From Candidatus Aenigmatarchaeota archaeon (GTDB taxonomy: Archaea > Aenigmatarchaeota > Aenigmatarchaeia > CG10238-14 > SCSR01), in contig JACPJU010000001.1 in the NCBI GenBank assembly GCA_016187385.1, forward strand, positions 101,956 through 165,955: a stretch of 64,000 nucleotides of DNA, written 5' to 3'. Below are positions 16,243 to 24,501 of the stretch, piece by piece; the stretch's first letter is position 1, and the number at the start of each line of letters is the position of its first letter. Made by a program: the position numbers and the translations under genes. The notes beneath the pieces are model-generated. The model was given only the letters and a program-made list of their open reading frames with translations. It was not told the DNA's origin and made no database searches.

Positions 16243-16317
16243 GTGGGGATTTCAGGAATGAAACCAACTGTGAGGAACCATTCACCAGAATTGTATTGGC
16301 TCATTCCATCATCTTAA
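16243..16317 (-). ncRNA. candidate structured leader RNA / cis-regulatory element, copy 2 of 2
   Basis: Minus strand reads TTAAGATGATGGAATGa...GGTGAAtGGTTCCTCACa...tCATTCCtGAaATCCCCAC. Same block order as 419-501 with different spacers and compensatory stem changes. AT-rich TATA-like GAATATGAT lies about 18 nt upstream. Confidence 0.3.
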
Positions 16318-16420
16318 CAATTATTTGTGATGCGTATCATATTCGAACTGCGAACAACGGGACAGGTCTTGAAGTTCGTAAAGCTTATAAATCTCCAAAA
16401 GGATGCAGAAATAGAAAGAA

Positions 16421-17119
16421 ATGAACATACTAGTGCCTTCATGGTTCTATGGTTTTGATTCGTTCGTGTACCTTCTCAGCGCGCTAGTGGGATTCACGCT
16501 GAGTTTGTATTTTCACAAGATACATTCACTGAGTTCGATAAGGAGGCACGAATACTTTTATTTCGGTTTCCTTCTTTTTTCCATCGGGCTTTTCATTCTT
16601 GCAGTGAGCAGTGTGTACAGCTACGTGAGTTATGAAGGATGCACTGTCGGATGCAAACTTGGTATATTGGATGACACATTCTCGATGGAAGATTTCGCTT
16701 ACATGATGTATTTCGGATTCTCGTTGCTCGCGTATCTCATGTTTATTTTCGCGTACGAGCATGAAGATGTCAGGCTCTCCAAGATATTTGCACTGCTGTT
16801 CATTGCATACTTGATTTTGATATCATTGCTGTTGGCCATGCAGAGGAGCTACAAGATATGGCATTCGTACAGCGAGTACTTCCATCTGACGGCATTGATG
16901 ATGCTCGTGTTCATTTCATTCAGGGCGCTCACCAACTTTTACGACAAGAGGAACTTGAACTCGTTTTTGGTTGTGATGTCTTTCGGGCTCATTGCAGGAT
17001 TCCACTTGTTCTATCTCTTCTCGTCTGTTGATGCGTTGGTGTATGTAATTGCGCATGGTTCCATGCTTGCGGGTTTCATCACATTATTGGCGATGGTGGC
17101 GACGGTGAGGAAGAAATGA
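16421..17119 (+). CDS. polytopic membrane protein (about 7 TM)
   Basis: 232 aa with multiple hydrophobic helices. Its stop overlaps the start of the downstream wHTH gene (ATGA). Confidence 0.5.
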   Translation: MNILVPSWFYGFDSFVYLLSALVGFTLSLYFHKIHSLSSIRRHEYFYFGFLLFSIGLFILAVSSVYSYVSYEGCTVGCKLGILDDTFSMEDFAYMMYFGFSLLAYLMFIFAYEHEDVRLSKIFALLFIAYLILISLLLAMQRSYKIWHSYSEYFHLTALMMLVFISFRALTNFYDKRNLNSFLVVMSFGLIAGFHLFYLFSSVDALVYVIAHGSMLAGFITLLAMVATVRKK

Positions 17120-17397
17120 ATGACCCCCGCAGGACTAAGATGCAGATCTACATAGACATACTACGGGCTGTGCAAAAGGCTAACGGGAAGATGAAGAAGA
17201 CGCACATTGTGTACAAAGCCAATCTGACACATTCGAGGCTTGGGGAGTATCTTAATCATTTGATGTCCAATGAATTCATCACTGAACAGAAGATGGGCAC
17301 CCAGACTTTTTATACAATAACCGGAAAGGGCGAAGGTTTCCTGAACGGGGTGAACAAGCTGAAAGGTATAGCGGATGCCTTCGGTGTTCCGCTGTGA
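17116..17397 (+). CDS. winged-helix transcriptional regulator (COG3432-like)
   Basis: IYIDILRAVQKANGKMKKTHIVYKANLTHSRLGEYLNHLMSNEFI matches the COG3432 pattern (ILxAI..g..KTxImYxaNLSyxqlxxYLxxLxxxgli). Confidence 0.6.
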   Translation: MNDPRRTKMQIYIDILRAVQKANGKMKKTHIVYKANLTHSRLGEYLNHLMSNEFITEQKMGTQTFYTITGKGEGFLNGVNKLKGIADAFGVPL

Positions 17398-17592
17398 CTA
17401 ATGAATTGCAAAGGATTAGGATTAAAGAAAAATTACTTTGATTTAGAAGCCGGAAATAATTTTATCGAACTTTACAAAAAAGATTTACATCCACATATAA
17501 GTTTGAATTGTCAAAAATAGAAAATTTATATATATTTCGACATATTGGTAGTATCAATATAAACCCATTTTTCGATACTATATTTGGATACA

Positions 17593-17775
17593 ATGAAAAC
17601 CCTTCTTAAAATTGACAAGAAATATGAAGGTCGGTGTATTGCCGTTTACAATGGTAAAGTTGTTTTTTCACATAAAAATATGACGACTCTTATACAGAAG
17701 ACTAATCAAAAATATCCGAATGGCGAAGCCACTATTACTACTGTTCCGAAAGGTTCTAAAATTCTAATTCTGTGA
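17593..17775 (+). CDS. small DUF5678-like protein
   Basis: KYEGRCIAVYNGKVVFSHKNMTTLIQKTNQKYPNGEATITTVPKG resembles the DUF5678 pattern (GKWVAIxxGKVV...vxVP). First ORF of the R-M gene string. Confidence 0.4.
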   Translation: MKTLLKIDKKYEGRCIAVYNGKVVFSHKNMTTLIQKTNQKYPNGEATITTVPKGSKILIL

Positions 17776-17785
17776 GGTAATTCTT

Positions 17786-18073
17786 TTGAGCAAAGATGAG
17801 GATAAAGGTTTTATTACGTTTGATTTTATACAATATCCGTTCAATGCTGGAAGGAAGAAATCCATAAAGAACAAGGACAAGAAAAAGGAAGCAAATATCA
17901 GAAAACAAATCGAACTCTTGGTGAGAGCGTTTGACAAGAATGGAAACGAGTTAAATATGAAAGAATTGGGTTTCAAATCGGCCTTTAATAGTTCTGAAAC
18001 CGCAAACAAGTTTATAGATTTTTGCAAGCAATTTCACTCTAGGTATCAATTCAAAATCGAGGAGATGGCATGA
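17786..18073 (+). CDS. hypothetical lysine-rich protein translationally coupled to the methyltransferase
   Basis: 95-aa ORF with a TTG start. Its stop overlaps the methyltransferase ATG (ATGA). No HTH recognised. Confidence 0.4.
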   Translation: MSKDEDKGFITFDFIQYPFNAGRKKSIKNKDKKKEANIRKQIELLVRAFDKNGNELNMKELGFKSAFNSSETANKFIDFCKQFHSRYQFKIEEMA

Positions 18074-19062
18074 CCATTTTCAAAAAATTCGGCGAGAACA
18101 AGGCAAAGAAAGGAATTAAGTTAGAAACTTTCATAGATTTGTTCGCTGGAATAGGCGGTTTTAGGATAGCGTTAGAAGATTTGGGAATGAAATGCGTCTT
18201 TACTTCAGAATGGGATAAACATGCTCAAATCACATACAAGGAAAACTTCGGAGAGATTCCTTTTGGCGACATAACAAAAATAAAAGAGAGCGAAATACCG
18301 AGACATGATGTTTTGTGTGCTGGGTTTCCGTGCCAAGCATTTTCGATATCTGGAAAACAAAGGGGATTCGAAGACGCTAGAGGGACTTTGTTCTTTGATA
18401 TCGCGAGAATAGCCAAGAAACACAAACCGAAAGTTATGATTCTCGAAAATGTGAAAAACTTCGCGAGGCACGATAAAGGCAGAACCATTCACGCAGTTCT
18501 TAGGATTTTAGACGAACTTGGATACAGGACATATTACAAAGTTTTGAACTCAAGCCACTACGGTTCTCCGACTTCGCGAGAGAGGATATTCTTCGTGTGT
18601 TTCAGAAAATATTTGGGTGAGTTAAGTTTTCATTTTCCCGAACCGACATTCAAAAAAGTCTATCTTAAAGACGTGTTGGAAAACAACGCGAACGCTTCAA
18701 AATACATTATCGAAAGAAATGATATGAAATTAATCAAACCGATTGTTCAGCAAAATGCTTTGAGACCGCTCCAAATCGGCGTGTTCAACAACGGAGGTCA
18801 AGGAGAAAGGATATACAGCCCAAATGGTCATGCGGTTTCCTTGACGGCTTACGGCGGAGGAGTGGCTTCGAAAACTGGTGCATATCTGATTGACGGAAAA
18901 CCGAGAAGATTGACGCCGAAAGAATGTGCGAGGGTTATGGGATTTCCCGATTGGTTCAAAATTCCTGTTAGCGACACTCAAGCATACAAACAATTCGGAA
19001 ACAGCATAGTCGTGCCTTTGGCGAGAACTATAGCGAAAAATATACTGGATTCCCTGTCTTAA
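18070..19062 (+). CDS. DNA (cytosine-5)-methyltransferase, M.HhaI-like (predicted GCGC specificity)
   Basis: Motif I DLFAGIGGF, IV GFPCQAFSISGKQRGFEDARGTLFF, VI ENVKNF, VIII SRERIFFVCF, X QFGNSIVVP. The target-recognition region GGQGERIYSPNGHAVSLTAYGGGVASKTGAYLIDGKPRRLTPKECARVMGFPD is near-colinear with the M.HhaI sequence as I recall it. Confidence 0.9.
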   Translation: MTIFKKFGENKAKKGIKLETFIDLFAGIGGFRIALEDLGMKCVFTSEWDKHAQITYKENFGEIPFGDITKIKESEIPRHDVLCAGFPCQAFSISGKQRGFEDARGTLFFDIARIAKKHKPKVMILENVKNFARHDKGRTIHAVLRILDELGYRTYYKVLNSSHYGSPTSRERIFFVCFRKYLGELSFHFPEPTFKKVYLKDVLENNANASKYIIERNDMKLIKPIVQQNALRPLQIGVFNNGGQGERIYSPNGHAVSLTAYGGGVASKTGAYLIDGKPRRLTPKECARVMGFPDWFKIPVSDTQAYKQFGNSIVVPLARTIAKNILDSLS

Positions 19063-19091
19063 TTTATCCTTTAAACGCCAACTAAAAATTG

Positions 19092-19811
19092 ATGTTTGGA
19101 ACAGTAGCTTGGGGTTCTGCGACCGCTAAAGGAGGATTTCAAAACGAAAGAGATGTCGCCGCAAAATTCAATAATTGGAAATACGATAATGAGGCCCGAC
19201 AATGGTTAACCGCGATAGGATATGATTGGGGTTCCATAGCGGATGTTTCTGCTCAAGCATTATCTGTCCATAAAGGAAAGAAAATTGACGTGACTATTTC
19301 CATAACCATGCAAGACGGAACGAAACAAACCGAAAACATTTCATTGAAGAAAGTTAAAAGGGGTGCTGATTACAATCAAGTGGACAAAAGATGGATCAGG
19401 GAATACAAAACAATGTGGAATCTGACGGACAGCATGACAAAAGGATTGAAGATGTTTACTGGCGATGATTACAAAAGAGTTTATTTAAGCCAACTGCCGA
19501 CTAACTTGCAAAGCGAAATCATAAAATTCTTTTTCGAAAACAAGGAGAGAGTCGTGCATGATTTGGTCAAGGGCGTTCAAAAACCGCAACCAAATTGGAT
19601 AATGGCGACCATCAAAAACGGCAAAACAGAATGGATATTGAGAGACATAGATAGTGCTTTAAAAATATTCGCTTCTGGAGACGTTCATATCACTAAAAAA
19701 GGCAATCTACTGATTGGCAGAATAGTCATGCAAAGAAAGGGTGGCGACAGCGGAAGACCTACAGCCAACATGTTGCAATTCAAGATTCACCCCACAGACT
19801 TGAAGATGTGA
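19092..19811 (+). CDS. type IIP restriction endonuclease, R.HinP1I-like (predicted GCGC)
   Basis: N-terminal GSATAKGGFQNERDVAAKFNNWK and C-terminal GRIVMQRKGGDSGRPTANMLQFKIHPTDL closely resemble R.HinP1I as I recall it (GSKTAKDGFKNEKDIADRFENWK ... QRKGGDNGRETANMLQFKIDPTEL). It is adjacent to the M.HhaI-like gene. Confidence 0.7.
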   Translation: MFGTVAWGSATAKGGFQNERDVAAKFNNWKYDNEARQWLTAIGYDWGSIADVSAQALSVHKGKKIDVTISITMQDGTKQTENISLKKVKRGADYNQVDKRWIREYKTMWNLTDSMTKGLKMFTGDDYKRVYLSQLPTNLQSEIIKFFFENKERVVHDLVKGVQKPQPNWIMATIKNGKTEWILRDIDSALKIFASGDVHITKKGNLLIGRIVMQRKGGDSGRPTANMLQFKIHPTDLKM

Positions 19812-19815
19812 TTTC

Positions 19816-20211
19816 GTGGTTGACAGTATATCCAAAGAGAAAAGAAGCGAATTGATGTCAAAAATAAAATCCAAAGACACTAAATTGGAGATGGCTTTTA
19901 GGAAACGGCTTTGGAAAAATGGTTTGAGATATAAGGTATATCCGAACATATTAGGCAGACCAGACTTAGTTTTTTCGACCCAAAAGTTGGCGATTTTCAT
20001 AGATAGTTGCTTTTGGCATAATTGCCCAAAACACGCAAGAAAACCGAATTCCAATAAAGAATATTGGAACGCCAAATTGAAGAGAAATTATGAGCGTGAC
20101 AAGAGAGTCACAAGAGAATTGAAAAACAACAGTTGGAAAGTCATGCGTTTTTGGGAACATGATTTGAAAGATTTAGACAAATGCGTTGAAAGAGTGGCTA
20201 AGGAAATTTGA
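19816..20211 (+). CDS. vsr: very short patch repair (Vsr) endonuclease
   Basis: KRSELMSKIKSKDTKLEMAFRKRLWKNGLRYKV...GRPDLVFSTQKLAIFIDSCFWHNCPKH is the canonical Vsr pattern. GTG start. Confidence 0.88.
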   Translation: MVDSISKEKRSELMSKIKSKDTKLEMAFRKRLWKNGLRYKVYPNILGRPDLVFSTQKLAIFIDSCFWHNCPKHARKPNSNKEYWNAKLKRNYERDKRVTRELKNNSWKVMRFWEHDLKDLDKCVERVAKEI

Positions 20212-20262
20212 CTATCAGTCGCCAACAAAAAGACCCTTCTATCAGCCGTAGTTAGAACAATA

Positions 20263-20274
20263 CCCCCCCCCCCC
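20263..20274. repeat. C12 homopolymer tract
   Basis: Twelve consecutive C in an otherwise AT-rich intergenic region, 6 nt upstream of TTTATATA (20281-20288). Confidence 0.95.
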
Positions 20275-20280
20275 AGAATC

Positions 20281-20288
20281 TTTATATA
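20281..20288 (+). promoter_or_regulatory. putative TATA box of the small-ORF/CDC48 operon
   Basis: TTTATATA lies about 32 nt upstream of the ATG at 20320 and about 50 nt upstream of the ATG at 20338. Confidence 0.4.
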
Positions 20289-20319
20289 CTTTTATGTTAC
20301 AATAATAACTAAATTTAGT

Positions 20320-20673
20320 ATGCGAGGTAACATAAACATGGCTGAGAAAAGGGGTGTAATGATAACATTCTCTGTAAGGACGGAGAAGATAAAACCGTCG
20401 GAGAAGACTGTATTTTTCAGGAAGCTTTACGGCTGGAAGCAGGTGGTTCCGAACGAGAACAAGGTCTACGAATATGAAAGGCCCGGCATTCTTGACGAAA
20501 TCCCGCATGAAAAGGTCGACCAGTCCTCATTCATAGTGCCGGAAGACAGCCTCGACGAAATAATGGAATTCTTCGAGCAGTGGCACAGCAAGGTTATGTT
20601 AAAAACTTTCAGAGTCCTATTAGATAAGGAAACAAGAAGCATTTTTGATGAATTCGAAGAGGACGATGAATAA
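20320..20673 (+). CDS. hypothetical protein with an acidic C-terminal tail, translationally coupled to CDC48
   Basis: 117-aa ORF (alternative start at 20338, MAEKRG). It ends ...[11 protein letters not shown]. Its TAA overlaps the CDC48 ATG (TAATG). Confidence 0.5.
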   Translation: MRGNINMAEKRGVMITFSVRTEKIKPSEKTVFFRKLYGWKQVVPNENKVYEYERPGILDEIPHEKVDQSSFIVPEDSLDEIMEFFEQWHSKVMLKTFRVLLDKETRSIFDEFEEDDE

Positions 20674-23600
20674 TGGCTGAAGTGGCGAATGAAGTCAGGC
20701 TGAAGGTCGGGGAATTGACCGCAAGGGAGGAGGCTGGCAGGGGAATTGTCAGGGTCGATTCAGGCACAATGTCCAAGCTTCATGCCAAAGAAGGAGACGT
20801 CATAGAGATAGAAGGCTCCAGATTGACAGCGGCAATAGCTGTACGCTCTTATCCGGCTGATGTTGGCTTGAATATTGTTCGTATGGACGGCATCACGAGA
20901 AGGAATGCAGGAAGCGGTGTGGGCGAATATGTCAAGTTAAGAAAAGCTGATGTAAAGGAGGCTAAAACCGTTACAATCGCGCCAGCGCAAAAGGGGATGA
21001 TGATACACATCTCGCCGAATCTCGTAAAGCAGAATATCTTTATGCGCCCTGTTGTCAAGGGCGATATATTTGTTCCTGCTCCAGCTACCAGAAGGAGAAG
21101 CTCTGGATTGTTCGAGGAATTTTTCGGAATGGACTTCGAGGAATTTTTCCCGTTCACGCCATTCCCTGGAGACACCAGATTTGTTGTGACCAATACCAGT
21201 CCTGGTGGTGTTGTCAGGATTGGTGAGATAACAGAATTGGAAATACTGCCGCAATTGCCAGAATCAATGAGGCTTGAAGACAGGGCCGTGCCTACTGTAA
21301 CTTACGAGGATGTTGGCGGTATCAGGGAAATAATCCATAAAATTCGGGAAATGATTGAACTTCCTTTGAGGCATCCTGAATTATTTGAGAGATTGGGAAT
21401 CGAACCACCGAAAGGTGTGTTGTTGTACGGTCCGCCTGGGACAGGAAAGACTTTATTGGCGAAGGCTGTGGCGAATGAATCGGGCGCATATTTCATTTCC
21501 ATAAGCGCGAGCGAGATCATGAGCAAATGGTATGGTGAAAGTCTCCCGTATGACGAAAAGATTGTGATTTTGGAAGATAATCTGATAAAAAGGAAATCGA
21601 TCGGCGAGCTTGTGGAAAGAGGCGATATGAATTTCAAAGTCCTTTCATTTGACGAAAAAGGCAAAGTAAAATTCGCACAAGTCAAGGATTTGATTAAGCA
21701 CAAGAGCACCGGAAAAATGTTGGAAGTCAAGACTAGAAGCGGAAGAAGGATAAGAGTCACCGATTACCACAGCTTGTTTACTTTGGACGGCGGTAAAATA
21801 AAGGGTGTTAGAACATCAGATCTGATACCTAAGAAGTCTTTTATTGCAGTGCCGCGATATATTCCAGCACAAAGCAATTTGAAAGAAATAAATCTTCTTG
21901 ACCATTTGAAAGTGAATGACTTTGGATTGAGAGTCAAGAATGTCCAAGGCTATGTAAAGGAATTTGTAAAAAGAATCGGCAAAGAGAAAGTCGCTGAAAT
22001 TCTGGATTGCGACAAGAACTATATCTGGTCTTTATTGAACAAAAATGTCGGGATAAGAGTCTCTCAATTTTTGAGGCTGGCGAAAGAGGCGAAGGTTGAC
22101 ATCAATCCGGATGACATAAGAATCTACAGCAGGACAAGACATCTGCCGGCAAGACTTGCACTGGACGATGATATGCTTACATTTCTGGGATTGTGGGTTG
22201 CCGAAGGGTCATATAACAAGAACGGCAATGTAAGGCTCAGTGTGCATAAGAACGAAGCCGAGACTGTCAAGAAATTGTGCGAGAGGCTTTTCGGAAAAGT
22301 GTCCGGATATATCTCCAAAGAGAATGCTGTGGATATACATGTCTCCTCAACGGTTTTGTGTAAAATAATGAAGAATGTCTTTGGACTGAAAGGCGGCGCA
22401 AGAAACAAAGCTGTGCCGAATATAATTTTCAACTTGAGCAAAGAAAGGATTGCAATGTTTCTTAAGGGATATTTGAGCGGGGATGGTTCTGTCTACCTCA
22501 ATCAACACGGCGTCCCGACAGTAGAAGGCAGTACATTCAGCAAAGATATGTCTGACGATTTGATGTATCTGATGCTGTACTTCAACATAGTTGCAAAATG
22601 CTATTCCAACGGAAAAGGTTCCAACAGGATTTGTATAACGGGCGTTGAAAACTTGGAGAGGTTCAAAGAAATCGGATTCATGCAGCCAGAAAAGAACGAG
22701 AAGATAAGCAATTACACATCCAACGCCAAGTGGGTTAGAACCGAGCAGATCCCAGTGACCGACAAGATGAGAAATCTGTTGACCAAGATGCCTTCCGCCA
22801 GACAGTGGGTAAATTCCGGGACAATAGGCAAGGGTGTCTTGAGCAATTTTGTAGACGAAGGTTCTGTTGCCGAGTTTGGAGTTAACGCAGAGTTTGCGGA
22901 TTCCATAACGAATCTGGTCACTAACGACATATACTGGGACTTGGTGGACGAGATAAATGAAATTCCAGGCGAAGAGCATGTTTATGATATTTCTGTTGAT
23001 CCGTGCGAGAATTTTGTGGCTGGTATCGGCGGAATATTTGCGCACAACAGCGAGCAGAATATAAAAAGAATGTTTGAAGAGGCAGAGAAGAACGCGCCGT
23101 CGATTATTTTCATCGATGAGATTGATGCAATTGCTCCGAAAAGAGAAGAGGTCACAGGCGAAGTCGAGAGAAGGGTTGTTTCCACATTATTGACGCAGAT
23201 GGACGGTCTGAAGAAAAGAGGCAAAGTAATTGTTATCGCGGCAACAAACAGACCGAACAGCCTTGACCCTGCCATAAGAAGAGCTGGCAGGTTCGACAGG
23301 GAGATTGAATTTCCCGTACCTGATCGCGATGGGAGATTGGAGATTTTCAAAATACATGCGAGGAACATGCCGCTCGCTAAGGATGTTGATTTGAATCATC
23401 TCGCTGACATCACTTACGGTTTTGTCGGCTCTGACATATGGGCTGTTGCAAAGGAAGCGGCAATGTCCGCATTGAGAAGAATCCTGCCAGAAATAAAATG
23501 GAAAGAAGAGGAAGAATTGCCGAAGGAAATCATAGAAAAACTCATTGTGACAAAGGAAGACTTTGAAGATGCCCTCCGGATTGTAGAACCATCTGCGATG

Positions 23601-24470
23601 AGAGAGGTTCTTGTAGAGATTCCTAATGTCAAATGGAACGACATCGGCGGACTGGATGACGTAAAGCAGCAATTGCAGGAAATGGTGGAATGGCCGTTGA
23701 AAAATCCAGAAGCTTTCGAAAAGATGGGAATAAGTCCTCCGCGGGGAATTTTACTTTATGGTCCGCCTGGGACTGGTAAGACATTGTTAGCGAAGGCTGT
23801 GGCGAATGAAGCTGGGGCCAATTTCATTTCAATAAAAGGACCAGAAGTCTTCAGCAAGTGGGTCGGCGAAAGCGAGAAATCAATCAGGGACATGTTCAGA
23901 AGGGCAAGACAAGTAGCCCCTGCGATTATTTTCTTCGATGAAATCGATTCTGTTGCGCCGAGAAGGGGATTGTTCACTGGAAGCAATTCAACAGAAACTG
24001 TTGTGTCTCAACTATTATCTGAAATGTCAGGTCTTGAGGAATTGAAAGGTGTGGTTGTTATGGCCGCTACAAATCGTCCTGACATCGTAGATCCCGCATT
24101 ATTAAGACCAGGAAGATTCGACAGGATGGTTGTGGTTCCCGCGCCTGATTACAAATCAAGACTGGAGATTTTCAAAGTTCATACAAAGAAGATGCCGCTT
24201 GCGAAGGACGTTGACTTGAAGGAATTGGCGAGAAAGACAGACGGCTTTTCAGGGGCTGACATAGAATCAATGTGCAGGGAAGCAGCAATGGCTGTATTGA
24301 GAGAAGACAAGAAAGCAAAGGAAATCAGGATGAAGCATTTTGATTCCGTGCTGAGCAAGATAGTTCCGAGCATCACAAGGGATCTGACAAACTATTACGA
24401 GAAATTTATTGAGAGAAGAAGGAAAGTCGAGAAGGAAGACAAGGACGTTCCTCCAAGATACATAGGATAA
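20673..24470 (+). CDS. cdc48: CDC48/VCP/VAT-type AAA+ ATPase (two AAA domains) interrupted by an intein in D1
   Basis: N-domain ([22 protein letters not shown]). D1 Walker [18 protein letters not shown] and Walker [12 protein letters not shown]2 [17 protein letters not shown] and [10 protein letters not shown]. The D1 sequence SKWYGE|...|[14 protein letters not shown] is split by 503 aa. Confidence 0.9.
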   Translation: MAEVANEVRLKVGELTAREEAGRGIVRVDSGTMSKLHAKEGDVIEIEGSRLTAAIAVRSYPADVGLNIVRMDGITRRNAGSGVGEYVKLRKADVKEAKTVTIAPAQKGMMIHISPNLVKQNIFMRPVVKGDIFVPAPATRRRSSGLFEEFFGMDFEEFFPFTPFPGDTRFVVTNTSPGGVVRIGEITELEILPQLPESMRLEDRAVPTVTYEDVGGIREIIHKIREMIELPLRHPELFERLGIEPPKGVLLYGPPGTGKTLLAKAVANESGAYFISISASEIMSKWYGESLPYDEKIVILEDNLIKRKSIGELVERGDMNFKVLSFDEKGKVKFAQVKDLIKHKSTGKMLEVKTRSGRRIRVTDYHSLFTLDGGKIKGVRTSDLIPKKSFIAVPRYIPAQSNLKEINLLDHLKVNDFGLRVKNVQGYVKEFVKRIGKEKVAEILDCDKNYIWSLLNKNVGIRVSQFLRLAKEAKVDINPDDIRIYSRTRHLPARLALDDDMLTFLGLWVAEGSYNKNGNVRLSVHKNEAETVKKLCERLFGKVSGYISKENAVDIHVSSTVLCKIMKNVFGLKGGARNKAVPNIIFNLSKERIAMFLKGYLSGDGSVYLNQHGVPTVEGSTFSKDMSDDLMYLMLYFNIVAKCYSNGKGSNRICITGVENLERFKEIGFMQPEKNEKISNYTSNAKWVRTEQIPVTDKMRNLLTKMPSARQWVNSGTIGKGVLSNFVDEGSVAEFGVNAEFADSITNLVTNDIYWDLVDEINEIPGEEHVYDISVDPCENFVAGIGGIFAHNSEQNIKRMFEEAEKNAPSIIFIDEIDAIAPKREEVTGEVERRVVSTLLTQMDGLKKRGKVIVIAATNRPNSLDPAIRRAGRFDREIEFPVPDRDGRLEIFKIHARNMPLAKDVDLNHLADITYGFVGSDIWAVAKEAAMSALRRILPEIKWKEEEELPKEIIEKLIVTKEDFEDALRIVEPSAMREVLVEIPNVKWNDIGGLDDVKQQLQEMVEWPLKNPEAFEKMGISPPRGILLYGPPGTGKTLLAKAVANEAGANFISIKGPEVFSKWVGESEKSIRDMFRRARQVAPAIIFFDEIDSVAPRRGLFTGSNSTETVVSQLLSEMSGLEELKGVVVMAATNRPDIVDPALLRPGRFDRMVVVPAPDYKSRLEIFKVHTKKMPLAKDVDLKELARKTDGFSGADIESMCREAAMAVLREDKKAKEIRMKHFDSVLSKIVPSITRDLTNYYEKFIERRRKVEKEDKDVPPRYIG
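21540..23048 (+). mobile_element. intein (503 aa) with a LAGLIDADG homing-endonuclease domain, in CDC48 D1
   Basis: Starts with Ser1 ([11 protein letters not shown]), block [10 protein letters not shown] (TxxH), LAGLIDADG motifs [11 protein letters not shown] and [12 protein letters not shown], and ends ...GGIFAHN followed by the +1 Ser. Removing it restores the canonical WYGESEQ extein. Confidence 0.85.
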
Positions 24471-24501
24471 GGCTTATTTTAAAAGGAATCCAAATTAATA
24501 T

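Noticed and set aside
15997-16317. 106-aa plus-strand ORF covering the second copy of the conserved element.
   Set aside because: No SD or promoter logic and no family match. The conserved part behaves like an RNA (covarying stems and a frame-breaking indel between copies).
22347-23045. 232-aa minus-strand ORF inside the CDC48 intein.
   Set aside because: The plus-strand frame carries recognisable intein and LAGLIDADG blocks. The antisense ORF has no motifs.
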